Below, piece after piece: positions 62,217 through 64,000 of a stretch of DNA of 64,000 nucleotides (position 1 is the first letter of the stretch; each line of letters starts with the position of its first letter). Source of the stretch: a virus. The notes below the pieces were generated by a model, which was not told the origin of the DNA, did not search any database, and worked only from the letters and a program-made list of their open reading frames with translations. Position numbers and translations under genes: made by a program. The stretch lies in IMG/VR virus record IMGVR_UViG_3300022917_000010, positions 687-64,686 of that record; one strand, 5' to 3'.

Positions 62217-63923
62217 TTACATCCGCCCCGCTTCTTGGACATCCGGACGGATGCCGCGCGCGTAGCGCCACGTCGACCCCGCAGGGATGCGCAACCGCGC
62301 CTTGGCGAACCGCGCCTCGATCTGTTGAGGGCAGTCGCCTTCCGTGTTCACCTGAGTTTCGGCAGTGTACGAAATCACATCCATCGGTCGCATGCGGTAG
62401 CCGACCGAGCACATCGCGTCCTGCGAATCCGTCATCGGCCCGAGCCCGGCAATGAACACCAGCGGCCCATCCGCGTCCTGTTCCGCAGTCTCAAGGATCG
62501 CCTCGATATTCGGCCCGGTGAAAAACCCGAGGATATTTGTCGGGCCAAAGGCAGACAGCGCCGCAATCGCCGACGTGGAGATGCTATCCAGCGAGAACGG
62601 CAGGTCATCCAGCGAGCCGCCGATCCGGCCGCCGCTCACCCAAGGCAGTCCGAACGTCGAGCCGGTCAATTCGATATGCGTCGCATCGATGATGATCGGC
62701 ACCCACTGCCCGTTCATATAGGCCGGGTTAATGCCCTGTATCGTGATGAAATTCTGCCCGGCGATCTGATAAAACGAATTCGATATCGCATCCAGCGTCA
62801 GCCGCACCCGACCAGCGGTCCCGGACGCCGCTCCGAGCACCGTCAGCCCGCCAGGCGCGATATAATCCAGCCCCTCAAGCGTCAGCCCCGGCCGCGCCAG
62901 ATACCCGAGGAACTGCCCAGACATCGGCACGATCGACCACGGCCGATCCTTCACCGACCAGTCAAACCAGAGTATTTTGTCGAATAGACCGGTCTGCCCC
63001 TGCTGCGATTTATATGCCCACCCGACGCGCGTAGCCTGTGGGTCAGCCACGCCCTGCACCAATTGCAGATTATTCCGGTCCACATCCTCGAAAAAGAACC
63101 GGTCGACATACTCTTTCCCGATCGATACAGGCTCGCCGCCCGCCACGATGACCTTGAAGCCCTGCGCCGAGATGAAAAACGTCCGCGTCCCGGCGTTCAC
63201 CACGGAATACTCTGCAAACAGAGTATCCTGCGTCGATATACGGGCGATCTGGAACGTCACCGGCGAGCCAGGCGCATACGTCAGGCTGCGGATGGCCTCG
63301 TCCTGGAACACCACCCCATAGGCATCACCGCCGGACAGCGCATGGCACACGCCGCCATCGGGAAAATCCTGAAAATCCGCCAGCCCGACGCCCGCAGTCC
63401 ACGTCTCCGGCGCGTCCAGGTCCGACCACTGCGCGCGCCGCGGGTTGGAGAGCAGTTCCGTCAGCACCACGATCCGGTTGACGATCGCGATCTGCCCAGC
63501 CTGCGGCGGAGAGCCACCGAGATCCACAAACGTACCGCCCGAAGTCAGCACGTATTTCTGCGGAACCGTGTTGATCTGCGCGGCCAGCACGAATTCGTTG
63601 AATTGAGCGAATCGCCAGTTTTTGGCCGGCGTCAGCGACCCATACGCCACGGCGCCCTTGCTGACATCGTTCCATTGGAACGTGGTATTATCCAGCAGGT
63701 ACAGCCGGTCAACCGTCCCGGCGAACACCGCGATCGATCCATCCGACCGCCGAGCGAAGAAGAACCCCCGGCACGCGGCCGGCAGCGCCTGCGTAAACCC
63801 CACGAAGTCCTTGAACGGGCCGTAGCCGTCGCCGCGCGGCACCACGCCGCTGATCAGCGTCGAGCTATCAGTCCCCAATTCGGTGATATCCGGGCGAAAG
63901 GCGGGGAAGGGCGCGACCGGCAT
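62217..63923 (-). CDS. Tail nozzle / packaged-DNA stabilisation protein (P22 gp10-like)
   Basis: 568 aa beta-propeller-like; WRFAQFNE, AQWSDLD, ADFQDFPDGG, FFISAQGF. Confidence 0.8.
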   Translation of the reverse strand: MPVAPFPAFRPDITELGTDSSTLISGVVPRGDGYGPFKDFVGFTQALPAACRGFFFARRSDGSIAVFAGTVDRLYLLDNTTFQWNDVSKGAVAYGSLTPAKNWRFAQFNEFVLAAQINTVPQKYVLTSGGTFVDLGGSPPQAGQIAIVNRIVVLTELLSNPRRAQWSDLDAPETWTAGVGLADFQDFPDGGVCHALSGGDAYGVVFQDEAIRSLTYAPGSPVTFQIARISTQDTLFAEYSVVNAGTRTFFISAQGFKVIVAGGEPVSIGKEYVDRFFFEDVDRNNLQLVQGVADPQATRVGWAYKSQQGQTGLFDKILWFDWSVKDRPWSIVPMSGQFLGYLARPGLTLEGLDYIAPGGLTVLGAASGTAGRVRLTLDAISNSFYQIAGQNFITIQGINPAYMNGQWVPIIIDATHIELTGSTFGLPWVSGGRIGGSLDDLPFSLDSISTSAIAALSAFGPTNILGFFTGPNIEAILETAEQDADGPLVFIAGLGPMTDSQDAMCSVGYRMRPMDVISYTAETQVNTEGDCPQQIEARFAKARLRIPAGSTWRYARGIRPDVQEAGRM

Positions 63924-64000
63924 CAGAACTGCATCGCTCTAACGCGCGACGTCCCCCTGATCTTGTTCGCCTCACTCTTGAGCATGCGGTAAGCCTGATC
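63923..64000 (-). CDS. C-terminus of a head-tail adaptor-like protein (partial, enters from the right edge)
   Basis: DQAYRMLKSEANKIRGTSRVRAMQF*, TGATG coupling to the nozzle gene. Confidence 0.5.
   Translation of the reverse strand, partial: DQAYRMLKSEANKIRGTSRVRAMQF

Noticed and set aside
1-64000. CRISPR array, integrase/att site, rRNA, IS transposase, reverse transcriptase/DGR
   Set aside because: No regularly spaced repeats, no recognisable catalytic motifs and no TR/VR pair seen by eye.

Overview
The whole window is a tailed dsDNA phage or prophage sequence with podovirus-type architecture. The host is probably an alphaproteobacterium (Bradyrhizobium/Rhizobiales-like), inferred from GcrA-, GapR- and DUF3309-like genes and high GC. 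It looks like a near-complete, circularly permuted genome: the head operon runs off the left edge on the minus strand and a head-tail adaptor-like gene enters at the right edge on the same strand. Modules: N4-gp56-type major capsid, scaffold and P22-like portal (0.04-7.1 kb, -); small terminase, accessory genes, DnaB helicase, adenine MTase and RusA (7.1-19.2 kb, -); rightward early region with Bet/RecT, DnaQ-like exonuclease, C5 MTase and many small ORFs (19.3-33 kb, +); a large block of fibre/adhesin-like genes (33-43 kb, -); large terminase; an expanded lysis cassette; tail fibres, DNA-ejection proteins and tail nozzle (44-64 kb, -). I found no integrase, CI-type repressor, rRNA or CRISPR array. 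The most striking observation is that 11 fibre/decoration-like proteins all begin with Sec-type signal peptides and all have an even number of cysteines in the predicted mature chain. This suggests a receptor-binding or decoration apparatus that is exported and disulfide-folded in the periplasm rather than built in the cytoplasm. Other candidates: a tRNA-like RNA region with three T-loop hairpins, a small RNA with an anti-Shine-Dalgarno motif beside the capsid gene, two acr-aca-like cassettes, and a GapR/RMF/AT-hook fusion protein. All family calls are by eye from motifs, all counts are by hand, and no database searches were run.
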